DNA from: Candidatus Latescibacterota bacterium
GTDB lineage: Bacteria > Latescibacterota > UBA2968
Assembly: GCA_965116885.1 (NCBI GenBank)
Contig: OZ220741.1
Location: forward strand, 256,001 to 320,000
Length of the DNA stretch: 64,000 nucleotides
Direction: 5' to 3'
Below, piece after piece: positions 9,701-20,529 of this stretch. The notes below the pieces were generated by a model. It did not search any database, was not told the origin of the DNA, and saw nothing but the letters and a program-made list of their open reading frames with translations. A program made the position numbers and the translations under genes. Within the stretch, counting starts at the first letter, position 1. Each line of letters starts with the position of its first letter.

Positions 9701-9770
9701 ATAGACTTGACTCGTTTTAGTCGATAACAGAAATAAATCCACTGGTCGAGACAAAAGTCGAGAAGGTCAT

Positions 9771-12251
9771 TTACTCTACAATCCGAAAATAGACGTATTT
9801 TCTATCCGTCTGCTCAGTTCGCTTGTCCTTCGCCAATACCGTCAATTGATAAATCCCTTCAGGCACCTGGTTCACATCGATCTGCAAATACGTGAAATCA
9901 TCTTCTCGATTGCCTTCGTAATTTGCCGTCACTGTGCGCGTCAAATCGCCATCTTTTGATCGCTCGATCTTCAAGCCCTCAGCGGCGATATGATGAACCT
10001 GCCCACCACTCGTATAAACCCTCGTCTCGCCCCATATATCGCTATCTGCGAATACGCTACTGCCCTCCTCACTATCCGCTGACCAACTGGCCTGCAACTC
10101 CTCGGCAACTATATGATCTATTTGTCCACTCTGCAGATCAATCTCAGTTCTACCCATCGTCTCAATCAGATCTTGAGACGCGAATAATGTGGGCGATAGC
10201 GTATCTATCTCTGGCTTGCCAATGGTGTAGGAGATCTCATACTGCGTGCTGCCAAAATTGTCGCGTTTGAGATCATACAGTTCCAGATAGATAAAGACCG
10301 GTTCAGATGGTGAAAATGTGCGGACGGGATTGGGTGTGATGTGCAGATCATCACGGCTTTCTGGCAATGCTTCCTTCGCTTGAATATCACTGCCGACCAA
10401 CAGATCACTCAGATGAAAGGTCTCATCGCCATAGACATACTGCTTCTCATCGCGTGCTATACCAATGAACCCAGATGTCTGATCCATAAATTCTACTGAA
10501 AAATGATAGCGTCCCTGGGGTACAGACACCTGGCGCGAGACCAACAGGTGATCGTTGCGATGCTTCGCGGCTGCGTTTTGTGCAGGTTTCTGTGGCGGTA
10601 ATGCGAAGGTCCTGGATAGGCGATCATTATACATATCATTCCACTGTTCATCAAAGAAGAAGACGCCATCCCAAAAACTCACCTTGCCCGTTTCAAAATT
10701 TTCTGCTAATCGGTCTTTCGGAATCATATAGCTGAGTTCGACCCGCACGCTGTCTCGTTCTTCAAAGGCGGCGATCTGATGGGGAAGGGTGTATTTGCGA
10801 TCGAGGTAAGGATCGACAAACCGTTGCTCTGTTTTTTTGAATACATTATATGAGGCTTCCCGAAGTGTACGAGGCACAGGAGCAAAGGCTCGTCTCAGCG
10901 TAAATTTAGGATCCCTATCCGCGAGCACCCCAAACTCAGGAAGCTTAGCCCCGAAGTCGTATTGACGGAAAACACTTGCTCCTACAGGTAGGCGCTGGTT
11001 GACACCATACCATGAACCGCCGCAAAAATACCAGCTATCATCCGTAGTGCCACAAAATTTGAACTGAAAGTCTTCGTAATACCAGAATTCCATCATTGCA
11101 GCATCCAGGACCTCTTCAGAATCCCATGTCCCTTTATTGGTTGTCACGCGACGTCTATATCTTCCAAATTTGATATAAGTCTTCCCCATATCCGTCTGCC
11201 AGCCTTCAACATCATCTGAAAATCGCCTGAACCGCAAATTCGAATACGCCATACGACCAAAGTGCTCCATCTTTCTTTCATTAAAATCAGATAAATAGAG
11301 TGGGTCCTGGTGCTTCCAAAACATCTCGCGTTCCAATAGCGCATCTATCGTCTGCGTCGTATCGCGGGGTGCATGATCTTCTTCGGGCACAAGCAGGTCG
11401 ATAGATTCGAGTAACTCGCGTTCTTCAATACTTATCAAGTCAAGGGCGCGTTGATAGTATTCATGCGATTCATCGAATTCGCCAATCTGATAGGCAGCAA
11501 GGCCACAGAATAATAGTGCATTTTTGTCATCTGGGTTGTGCGCGTACAAGTCTTGCATCAAGGTTTGAAACGCATACCAGTCCTCATCTTCAAAGTAGAG
11601 TATGCCCAAAAAATAATAAGGTTGCTGGTTAGCTCCATCCAATTGGATGCTTTTTCGCAGGACCTGCACTGCTTCTTGTTTGGATTCCTCGGCAAAGGTC
11701 TTGAAATCTTTTATCCTATGATTCATTGCCATTTTATCGAAATCTCTGAATATAAGGGATCTCATGTCCATCTCTTGTGATGGCGCTCTTCTATCTTTCT
11801 GTGACAGGAAATCATACACCCAAAACATACCTATACTATTGAGGACATCCGTATTGTTGGGATGCTTTTTCATCACGTTCTTGAATTGGTTCAATGCCCG
11901 AAATCGAAAGCTCTGTGCCCACCAGATTTTCCCGCGTGTCAGCCGATATTCAGCATTGTCGGGATCACTTGCGATTGCCTGCTGTATCATCCGCATTGCA
12001 CGCTGTCGGCCATTCACGCTGTGGTCCAACAGATGCAGTTTGGCCAATTCGTTGTATGCAGGGGCATAATTTCTGTCTTTGGAAATAATCTCCTCGAAAG
12101 CTTTGATGCTTTCCTTCCGACTCACCTGACCAACTTGCTCCAGTGCATCCTGAAACAGCGCATCTATTGTGGTTTCGCCTCTGGACAAGCCAGAACCAAA
12201 GATGCAAAACAACAGTGTAAAACCCGTATAAATTACTGATCCCGCTTTCAT
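9771..12251 (-). CDS. secreted TPR + GWxTD domain protein (826 aa)
   Basis: Signal peptide-like MKAGSVIYTGFTLLFCIFGSGLSRG after GGAG; TPR helices; FWKHQDP..NERKMEHFGRMAYSNLRF..EGWQTDMGKTYIKFG; beta-rich C-terminus. Confidence 0.9.
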   Translation of the reverse strand: MKAGSVIYTGFTLLFCIFGSGLSRGETTIDALFQDALEQVGQVSRKESIKAFEEIISKDRNYAPAYNELAKLHLLDHSVNGRQRAMRMIQQAIASDPDNAEYRLTRGKIWWAQSFRFRALNQFKNVMKKHPNNTDVLNSIGMFWVYDFLSQKDRRAPSQEMDMRSLIFRDFDKMAMNHRIKDFKTFAEESKQEAVQVLRKSIQLDGANQQPYYFLGILYFEDEDWYAFQTLMQDLYAHNPDDKNALLFCGLAAYQIGEFDESHEYYQRALDLISIEERELLESIDLLVPEEDHAPRDTTQTIDALLEREMFWKHQDPLYLSDFNERKMEHFGRMAYSNLRFRRFSDDVEGWQTDMGKTYIKFGRYRRRVTTNKGTWDSEEVLDAAMMEFWYYEDFQFKFCGTTDDSWYFCGGSWYGVNQRLPVGASVFRQYDFGAKLPEFGVLADRDPKFTLRRAFAPVPRTLREASYNVFKKTEQRFVDPYLDRKYTLPHQIAAFEERDSVRVELSYMIPKDRLAENFETGKVSFWDGVFFFDEQWNDMYNDRLSRTFALPPQKPAQNAAAKHRNDHLLVSRQVSVPQGRYHFSVEFMDQTSGFIGIARDEKQYVYGDETFHLSDLLVGSDIQAKEALPESRDDLHITPNPVRTFSPSEPVFIYLELYDLKRDNFGSTQYEISYTIGKPEIDTLSPTLFASQDLIETMGRTEIDLQSGQIDHIVAEELQASWSADSEEGSSVFADSDIWGETRVYTSGGQVHHIAAEGLKIERSKDGDLTRTVTANYEGNREDDFTYLQIDVNQVPEGIYQLTVLAKDKRTEQTDRKYVYFRIVE

Positions 12252-12351
12252 GTTTTTCTCCGTATCTACCGTGAACCCTGCGAAATGTGATAAAAGCAAT
12301 CGAAATTGCAACTTGAGAGATCACCGCGGCTTTGTGTACGCAAAAATATAA

Positions 12352-12367
12352 AGCAATTTCCGTGCCA
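12352..12367 (-). promoter_or_regulatory. sigma54 -24/-12 promoter for GWxTD gene
   Basis: Minus strand TGGCACGGAAATTGCT, preceded by TTT as in the 4448 copy. Confidence 0.88.
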
Positions 12368-12386
12368 AAATATTCTTCTCTATATT

Positions 12387-12470
12387 TTACAATTAGTTAC
12401 AAAAATTTGTGCCATGAACGCAGTTTAATAAGTGTCCGATTTTGATACAGTGGTGTCCGAAAATGAACAC
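12387..12470. promoter_or_regulatory. putative IHF-like site and tandem UAS
   Basis: TTACAATTAGTTA at 12387 (imperfect IHF); TGTCCGATTTTGATACA 12433 and TGTCCGAAAATGAACAC 12454, 21-bp period. Confidence 0.55.
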
Positions 12471-12474
12471 TTAA

Positions 12475-12512
12475 TAAAAAAATAGGCACATTGTTTTATT
12501 TCAATGTGCCTA
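12475..12512 (-). terminator. intrinsic terminator after TRAP permease
   Basis: TAGGCACATTG / CAATGTGCCTA 11-bp stem with T-run on minus strand. Confidence 0.7.
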
Positions 12513-12595
12513 CTGTATCTTCCTTAGAACCATCGTTTACCACAACGAATGCTCAAATGTGCTGGGCTTGCTTATAAAGTCGCGCAACATCAATT

Positions 12596-14491
12596 CTAAT
12601 TGAGATGGATAGACCTGGCATGTTTTTGCACCAACATCAAAACGAGAAAAATCGCCGCCCCAACAGCATGACATACCAGCAAAGGCCAAAGCAACAGCAC
12701 CGCTGCCGCCAGGAATAAGACGCGGTATAGAACACCCAGCGACACCATGTGAAAACCCTCAGAAGCCGCTGCAAAAGACAGCAGCCCCAGAAGCGTAGCT
12801 ATCACAGTCTCAATAACGCGCCAGGTCTCCCCTTCAAAAAGGATAGGCGTATAGCAAAAAAGCAAGGGAATAAAATAAATACCCTTGGCAATGCGCCACG
12901 ACTCAAAACCCGTACGCAGCGGATTCGCCCCCGCAATACCCGCGGCGGAATACGCAGCCAGACAAACCGGCGGCGTGACATTGGCATCTTGCGAATACCA
13001 AAAAATCAGCAAATGCGCCGCAATCAGACTCACCCCCAGATTGGTCAGCGCGGGCGCAGCCAGCACTGCCAGCACGATATAAGAAGCCGTCACCGGCAAG
13101 CCCATGCCCAAAATCAGAGACGCAACGGCAATGAGCACAACAGTAATAAGCACACTGCTTCCGGCAATCGCCGAAATAAGCAAAGAAAATTTGATCCCAA
13201 CGCCCACCATCAGCACCACACCCACAATAATACCAGCGCACAAAAGAATAATACCCGTTGTAATCATATTGTGAGCACCCAGCGCAAGGGCATCGACAAT
13301 ATCTCGAATATTCATGCGCGTGTTCTTATTCAACCAACTCGTCACAACAATACTTGCAGTTCCCGTTGCCGCTGCAAACGTGGGTGTAAAACCGTAGATC
13401 AGTGTGCCCACCAGCACCCCAATAGGAATCGCAAAATGCCAGCCTTCGCGGATCGTATCGCGGATATCCGGAAGTTCCGAAGCAGGCAAAGGCACAATCC
13501 CCCGTTTTCGCGCGCGAAAATGAATAAAAAAAGTAACACTCAAAAAATAGATAAGCGCGGGGATAAAGGACACGGCGACAATAGTCAGATAGGGAATTTG
13601 CGTCCACTGACTCATAATAAACGCGCCCGCGCCCATAATCGGTGGCATGAGTTGACCGCCCGTAGATGCCGCCGCCTCGACCGCACCTGAAAACGTAGGC
13701 GAAAAACCCGTGCGCTTCATCATCGGGATCGTGAGCGAACCCGACCCCACCGTATTCGCCACAGCACTCCCCGAAATTGAACCGAGCATACCACTGGCAA
13801 AAACCGCCATCTTTGCCGGTCCCCCCACCGTGCGCCCGAGCAACGCGAGCGCCAGACGAATCATAAAATCGCCCGCACCCGAACGCAGGAGAAACGCGCC
13901 AAAAAGCACAAAAAGCGCGACAAAAGTAGATGAAATCGTCGCAATCGTACCAAAAATACCATCGGGTGCGAAATACATGCGATACAACAAGCGCGGCAAT
14001 GACACACCGGGAAACGCCCATATACCCGAAATATATTGCCCCCAAAAAAGCGCGTAAGTGAGAAATACGAGCGCGAGCAACGGAATAAAAAAACCAGTCG
14101 TACGACGGGTAATCTCGAGCAAAAGGAGAATCGCAATACCCGCAAAAACGAGATCAGCCGTATTCGGCACCTCATTGCGGGCGTGCAACGCATCCTCAAA
14201 AAACACGAGATAAAGGGCGACGGCAACAGATAGGATGGCGAAAAAATAATCGAGAATCAGCGTGCGCGAGGCATAGCGCGAAGAAATGGGATAAAGCAGA
14301 TATCCCAAAAAAAGAATGAAGGCATAATGGGTGGCATTGCGCTGCAATTCGGGCAAAACGCCCAGCGTATTGCTCCACAGGTGAAACAGAGACAGACACA
14401 CCCCCACAACAACGACCAGCACCTGATGCCTGCCAGTAAGCACGCGATGGGGCGTACTCACTTCGCCGCCCTGTTCAAATTCCGAATTCAA
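12596..14491 (-). CDS. TRAP transporter fused permease (TAXI-type DctQM)
   Basis: Polytopic; GGPAKMAVFASG..GSAVAN, EAAASTGGQLMPPIMGAGAFIM, LGMGLPVTASYI, VTPPVCLAAY. Confidence 0.95.
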   Translation of the reverse strand: MNSEFEQGGEVSTPHRVLTGRHQVLVVVVGVCLSLFHLWSNTLGVLPELQRNATHYAFILFLGYLLYPISSRYASRTLILDYFFAILSVAVALYLVFFEDALHARNEVPNTADLVFAGIAILLLLEITRRTTGFFIPLLALVFLTYALFWGQYISGIWAFPGVSLPRLLYRMYFAPDGIFGTIATISSTFVALFVLFGAFLLRSGAGDFMIRLALALLGRTVGGPAKMAVFASGMLGSISGSAVANTVGSGSLTIPMMKRTGFSPTFSGAVEAAASTGGQLMPPIMGAGAFIMSQWTQIPYLTIVAVSFIPALIYFLSVTFFIHFRARKRGIVPLPASELPDIRDTIREGWHFAIPIGVLVGTLIYGFTPTFAAATGTASIVVTSWLNKNTRMNIRDIVDALALGAHNMITTGIILLCAGIIVGVVLMVGVGIKFSLLISAIAGSSVLITVVLIAVASLILGMGLPVTASYIVLAVLAAPALTNLGVSLIAAHLLIFWYSQDANVTPPVCLAAYSAAGIAGANPLRTGFESWRIAKGIYFIPLLFCYTPILFEGETWRVIETVIATLLGLLSFAAASEGFHMVSLGVLYRVLFLAAAVLLLWPLLVCHAVGAAIFLVLMLVQKHARSIHLN

Positions 14492-14493
14492 AC

Positions 14494-15543
14494 CTATTCC
14501 CCTATCAGAGACGGCGCAATATCGATACCCTTCTCGCGATAATAGCGCGCGGCACCCGCATGCAGGGGAACAGCCAGGCCCATCGTCGCTTTATCGAGAG
14601 ACATTGCGAGCGTGGCCTTGTGGATATTTTGAATCTCCTCTAAATTTTCATAAATAGTTTTTGTAATCTCATAGACCACGTCCTCGGGCAAATCTGCTCT
14701 ACACGCCAAAAAATTGGGTTGTGCAATCGTCTCAATCGCTTCGGACTGCCCGGGATACGTATTGGCCGGAATAATATAGCGCGTCCACATGGGAAACGCA
14801 TTTTGGACCGCCGCGAGATGATCATCGCTAAAAGCAAGCACAGAAACCCCGTCTGCACCGAGCTGGGCAAAAGCCTGCGTCACAGCAGCCACGGGCGGAC
14901 CAGCCGAAAGCGTCGCCCCTGCAATACGGCCGTCAATCATAGCCTGAGCAGACGGACTATAACCCAAATACTCAGACGTAAAATCCTCATCCGGAGAAAT
15001 ATTAAGCGCTGCGAGAATAGTTCGCGTCGCGCCTTCTGTACCACTGCCGCGTTTGCCAATAACGTATTTGCGGCCGAGTTTTCTCAAGTCCTCAACAGTA
15101 CCTGTTTTGGCATCAGACGCCCGAAGTATAAAATGCTCGACATTCTCCCAGAGCAGGGTAATAGACCGGAGATCTCTAACCGCTTGCCCCTCATAAGTAC
15201 TCTCTCCGCGATAAGCCATCGCACCGTACAAACCCAGCAAAATCGCCAGATGTGCCTCTCGATTGACCAGCATCTGAATATTCTCGGCCGACCCTGCAGA
15301 ATTGATAGCTGCGACCACAATCCCGGGCTGTAGCTTCTGTGTAATCGTCGTACTCAGCGCAACACCCACCGGATAATACGTACCGCCGGGCGTGGCTGTC
15401 GCAATAATCAAATTCTGCGTCTGCATACCCTCCTGCGGTGCTCCACAGGAGATACAGAATATAAAGGCGAAAAGCAACCACCGATGAACACGGATAAACA
15501 CAGATGAAAGGAAAGGATGCAAAAAGGAAGATATACGCGACAT
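14494..15543 (-). CDS. TAXI family TRAP solute-binding lipoprotein
   Basis: IATATPGGTYYPVG, SAGSAENI, GSGTE, VPLHAGAARYYRE; lipobox-like CISC; start uncertain (15543 or 15555). Confidence 0.92.
   Translation of the reverse strand: MSRISSFLHPFLSSVFIRVHRWLLFAFIFCISCGAPQEGMQTQNLIIATATPGGTYYPVGVALSTTITQKLQPGIVVAAINSAGSAENIQMLVNREAHLAILLGLYGAMAYRGESTYEGQAVRDLRSITLLWENVEHFILRASDAKTGTVEDLRKLGRKYVIGKRGSGTEGATRTILAALNISPDEDFTSEYLGYSPSAQAMIDGRIAGATLSAGPPVAAVTQAFAQLGADGVSVLAFSDDHLAAVQNAFPMWTRYIIPANTYPGQSEAIETIAQPNFLACRADLPEDVVYEITKTIYENLEEIQNIHKATLAMSLDKATMGLAVPLHAGAARYYREKGIDIAPSLIGE
15477..15511 (+). repeat. 10-nt-period tandem repeat element (CAGATGAACG type)
   Basis: accaccgatgaacacggataaacacagatgaaagg; related to copies at 54652 and 59193. 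Confidence 0.6.
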
Positions 15544-15682
15544 AAAAAACCTCATATCAAAAAAGTGAACAGATATTTATCAGCCTAATTATACCCGCCC
15601 ACCTATATGCGTCAAGGGAAAACACCTTTGCGCCTTGACAACCTCTGTTGCGATTTCTATACTTCCCCTGAGGAATAGACCT

Positions 15683-16666
15683 ATGGACAACACGCGCACA
15701 ATTCTCTTTTGCACACTCGCATCCGTCCTGCTCTTGTCTGGCTGTGCCGAGTATCGGGCGTATCGCCATTTAGACCGCGCAGTTGCTCTCGAAGCCAATC
15801 GGGATTACGAAACCGCGCTCGCGATATTTCAGGCTGCTGTGGATATATGCCCTGAAGACGTAGTTTTGCGGCGGTGGTTGGGCAGGGCATATTTGAGACG
15901 CAACCAATACGACGCAGCGCGAGCCGAGTTCGAAACGGCGCTCGGATTGGCACCTGATTATATGCGCTTGTACCGCGATCTTGCAATCGTCAACGAAGCA
16001 CTCGAGAGACCAGAAGTTGCGATCGCGTGGCTGGAAAAAGCCGTATCACAGGTACCCGAGCATCGGGAATCTTACCGCGATCTCGTCAGTCTCTATCTGT
16101 CCCACGACCGGTTGAGCGAAGCGCAATCCCTTTTGGAAACAGTTGTCGAACAGTGGCCAAAAACGATATGGGCACATTTTCAACTGGGCGGTCTCTATAT
16201 GGTGTTAAAATGGCCCGAACGCGCTGAAGAAGCTTATGTACAGGTACTGAACATCGAGCCAAAAAACGACAATGAAGCAGAAATACGAGCACGCACCCAC
16301 GGCGAATTGGGCAATGTTTATTACGAGCGCAAAAACTATGAGCGCGCCGAGGAATTTTACAAAAAAGCACTGGAAATCAACCCTCTTGACGACAGCAGCC
16401 TGAACAATCTCGCCTGGATATACGCCATTCAGGGCATTCACCTGCGCGAAGGTATTCGCCTGTCGCGGCGGTCTTTGCGCCTGCGTCCACACACCCCATC
16501 CTACCTGGACACACTGGCCGAACTGCATTACCGGATGGGCAATACCGAACGCGCCATTTTCATCATCCGCCAAGCCATTGCATTGGATCCGGATAACCCG
16601 GAGATGCGCGCCCATCTACATCGGCAACTCGCCAAATTTATTTCCGGCGGCCGGGGAAAGGTATAA
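15683..16666 (+). CDS. TPR-repeat lipoprotein
   Basis: GAGGA RBS; MDNTRTILFCTLASVLLLSGC lipobox; multiple TPRs, LNNLAW..YLDTLA. Confidence 0.85.
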   Translation: MDNTRTILFCTLASVLLLSGCAEYRAYRHLDRAVALEANRDYETALAIFQAAVDICPEDVVLRRWLGRAYLRRNQYDAARAEFETALGLAPDYMRLYRDLAIVNEALERPEVAIAWLEKAVSQVPEHRESYRDLVSLYLSHDRLSEAQSLLETVVEQWPKTIWAHFQLGGLYMVLKWPERAEEAYVQVLNIEPKNDNEAEIRARTHGELGNVYYERKNYERAEEFYKKALEINPLDDSSLNNLAWIYAIQGIHLREGIRLSRRSLRLRPHTPSYLDTLAELHYRMGNTERAIFIIRQAIALDPDNPEMRAHLHRQLAKFISGGRGKV

Positions 16667-16729
16667 TGAATTAAAAATTGGGAAGCAAGGCGGAATAACC
16701 ACTAACCATTAATCATTAACCACTGACTT

Positions 16730-18567
<1,838 letters not shown>

Positions 18568-18655
18568 AAAGCGCGAATAGACGGAGCGGTGTACAACTGG
18601 CCGCCTCTCAGGCCAGTTCATAGACGAATAGACGAACCCCGCCCTACCATCCAAC

Positions 18656-18682
18656 GGGCGGGCACAGGGGCACCGCCCCTAC
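18656..18682 (-). repeat. REP-like palindrome (GTAG foot), type C
   Basis: GGGCGGGCACAGGGGCACCGCCCCTAC, identical at 56131, 60063 and 62879. Confidence 0.85.
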
Positions 18683-18707
18683 ATTGATTCGCTGAAAGGC
18701 ACAAAAA

Positions 18708-19433
18708 GTGAGTGATTTGCTACAAATCGCATCGCCAATTTTACCCGAAGAGACCCGCGCTCGCTTAAACGCAGTGTACGCACAGGTTCCCGCTGTATCT
18801 TGTGCCGGTTGCGATGCCCCGGGAAGCTGCTGCGAACTGACAGATGCCGAATACAACGACAATTTTGCAACCATGTATCCGCTTTACGCCGTCGAATACA
18901 TCAACATCATAGATTACGTGCGCTCGCACTTTGATCCCCAAAAACAGCGCGAATTGCTAAACACAGTCGAAGAACGCCCGCGCCGTTGTCCGTTCTTAAC
19001 ACCCGAAGGCGGCTGCTCGATCCACCCAGCGCGCCCCCTGACATGTCGCACCTACGGTATTTTGAACCAGGTCTCGCAGGTCAACGCCACGGCTGAATCC
19101 GCACGCGACCAGGTACCCTATCAATGGATATCATCCTTCTTATCCACAGAGCGATACACAGTATGTCCAAAAACAAAATTACAAGAAACCGACAAAGTCA
19201 ATGCACACATGAAAGCAATGGTATCCATGGAATACGAGCGCGAATTGATCTATCTGTCTGACACACTCAACTGGCTGGACGCAGACCGTCGCAAACTATT
19301 CCAGCAAATAACAAAAAAAACCCACCCCACGCGGTGGACGTGGGGTGGGTTTAACGCACTCGCCCAAAAACCATTGAAATGGGTAAAACACCACTTTGCA
19401 AATCTCTGGAAATCATCTTTTTTAGGGGAGTAA
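18708..19433 (+). CDS. YkgJ-family cysteine cluster protein
   Basis: CAGCDAPGSCC and CPFL..GCSIHPARPLTCRTY. Confidence 0.85.
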   Translation: MSDLLQIASPILPEETRARLNAVYAQVPAVSCAGCDAPGSCCELTDAEYNDNFATMYPLYAVEYINIIDYVRSHFDPQKQRELLNTVEERPRRCPFLTPEGGCSIHPARPLTCRTYGILNQVSQVNATAESARDQVPYQWISSFLSTERYTVCPKTKLQETDKVNAHMKAMVSMEYERELIYLSDTLNWLDADRRKLFQQITKKTHPTRWTWGGFNALAQKPLKWVKHHFANLWKSSFLGE

Positions 19434-19443
19434 AAGGAAACAC

Positions 19444-20391
19444 CTAATACCCCTTCTCCTTATCCACCACATTCTGCAGCGCCTCACCCCTCACATACCT
19501 GTGTAAATTATCCACAAACCGCACCATAGCGCGCCTCCGAATATGTTGTGAAGACCCCGCGCTATGCGATGTCAAAATCACATTGGGTTCGGTCCACAGC
19601 GGACTATCTTCCGGACAGGGTTCCGTATAAGTCACATCCAGCCCAATACCCGCCAGTTTGCCCGACCGCAACGCCGCGACCATAGCCTCCTCATCCACCA
19701 CCTTTCCCCGACTCACATTGACGAGCAAACTACCCTCCATCAACCGGTCAAACATGTCACCCGACAGCATCTTATGCGTTTCCGCCGTACTGGGACAACA
19801 CACCATAACCACATTGGACTGCGACATAAGTTCAGGTAAATAATCCATCTTTTCCAACCGATCCACAGAATCCGGACACGCCATATCCTCGGGATCGACC
19901 GCAATAACCCGAAACTCAAACGCCTTTGCGCGGTCTGCAATCGCCCGTCCAATGCCGCCCAATCCAATAATACCCATCGTCATCCCCGCCAGTTCCAAAC
20001 ACGGCACGCGCTCCCAGTGCTTGCGCTTCATAAACTCCAACTGCGTATGAATCTGTCGCGTCAACGCCAGCAAAAGAGCAAACCCATGCTCTGCAATCTG
20101 CGGACCGAACAATCCCCCCGCATTGGTCAAAACCATATCGCTATTCTTAAATTTTTCATACAAATGCCCTTCGGCCCCCGCATGGGGCTGCTGAACCCAC
20201 TTCAACGCATCTGCGTGATCAAAATCGGATTCCGGAAGCCGTCCAAAAAGCACTTCCACACCCGACAAATAATCGGCCTGCTTTTCCCCCTCCGGCAAAA
20301 AAATCACCTCAACCTCAGAAGGCGCACCTTCTAACAACGCCTCAACATCCTCTGAATACCGACTGCCAATCAACGTGCGAACCATGCTCAT
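19444..20391 (-). CDS. D-2-hydroxyacid dehydrogenase
   Basis: GIIGLGGIG, LVNVSRGKVVDE, GLDV..EP, TSHSAG; AAGGAG RBS before ATG 20391. Confidence 0.93.
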   Translation of the reverse strand: MSMVRTLIGSRYSEDVEALLEGAPSEVEVIFLPEGEKQADYLSGVEVLFGRLPESDFDHADALKWVQQPHAGAEGHLYEKFKNSDMVLTNAGGLFGPQIAEHGFALLLALTRQIHTQLEFMKRKHWERVPCLELAGMTMGIIGLGGIGRAIADRAKAFEFRVIAVDPEDMACPDSVDRLEKMDYLPELMSQSNVVMVCCPSTAETHKMLSGDMFDRLMEGSLLVNVSRGKVVDEEAMVAALRSGKLAGIGLDVTYTEPCPEDSPLWTEPNVILTSHSAGSSQHIRRRAMVRFVDNLHRYVRGEALQNVVDKEKGY

Positions 20392-20408
20392 AGTCTCCTT
20401 GCAATCAC

Positions 20409-20432
20409 GGGCGAGGCATGCCTCGCCCCTAC
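20409..20432 (-). repeat. REP-like palindrome variant
   Basis: GGGCGAGGCATGCCTCGCCCCTAC. Confidence 0.7.
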
Positions 20433-20474
20433 GGTTGTGCTGAATGCTTGTTTTGTTGACCTTCTCATGGTACA

Positions 20475-20512
20475 AAAAGAAAACGCCACCGCAAAGTATT
20501 TCCGGTGGCGTT
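20475..20512 (-). terminator. intrinsic terminator after ankyrin gene
   Basis: Minus strand AACGCCACCG..CGGTGGCGTTTTCTTTT. Confidence 0.7.
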
Positions 20513-20529
20513 CTGGATAATATCTATTA

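Noticed and set aside
9509..9754. 82-aa N-terminal extension of the kinase ORF
   Set aside because: Runs through a terminator hairpin and intergenic DNA; kinase domain begins at MFEIG 9508
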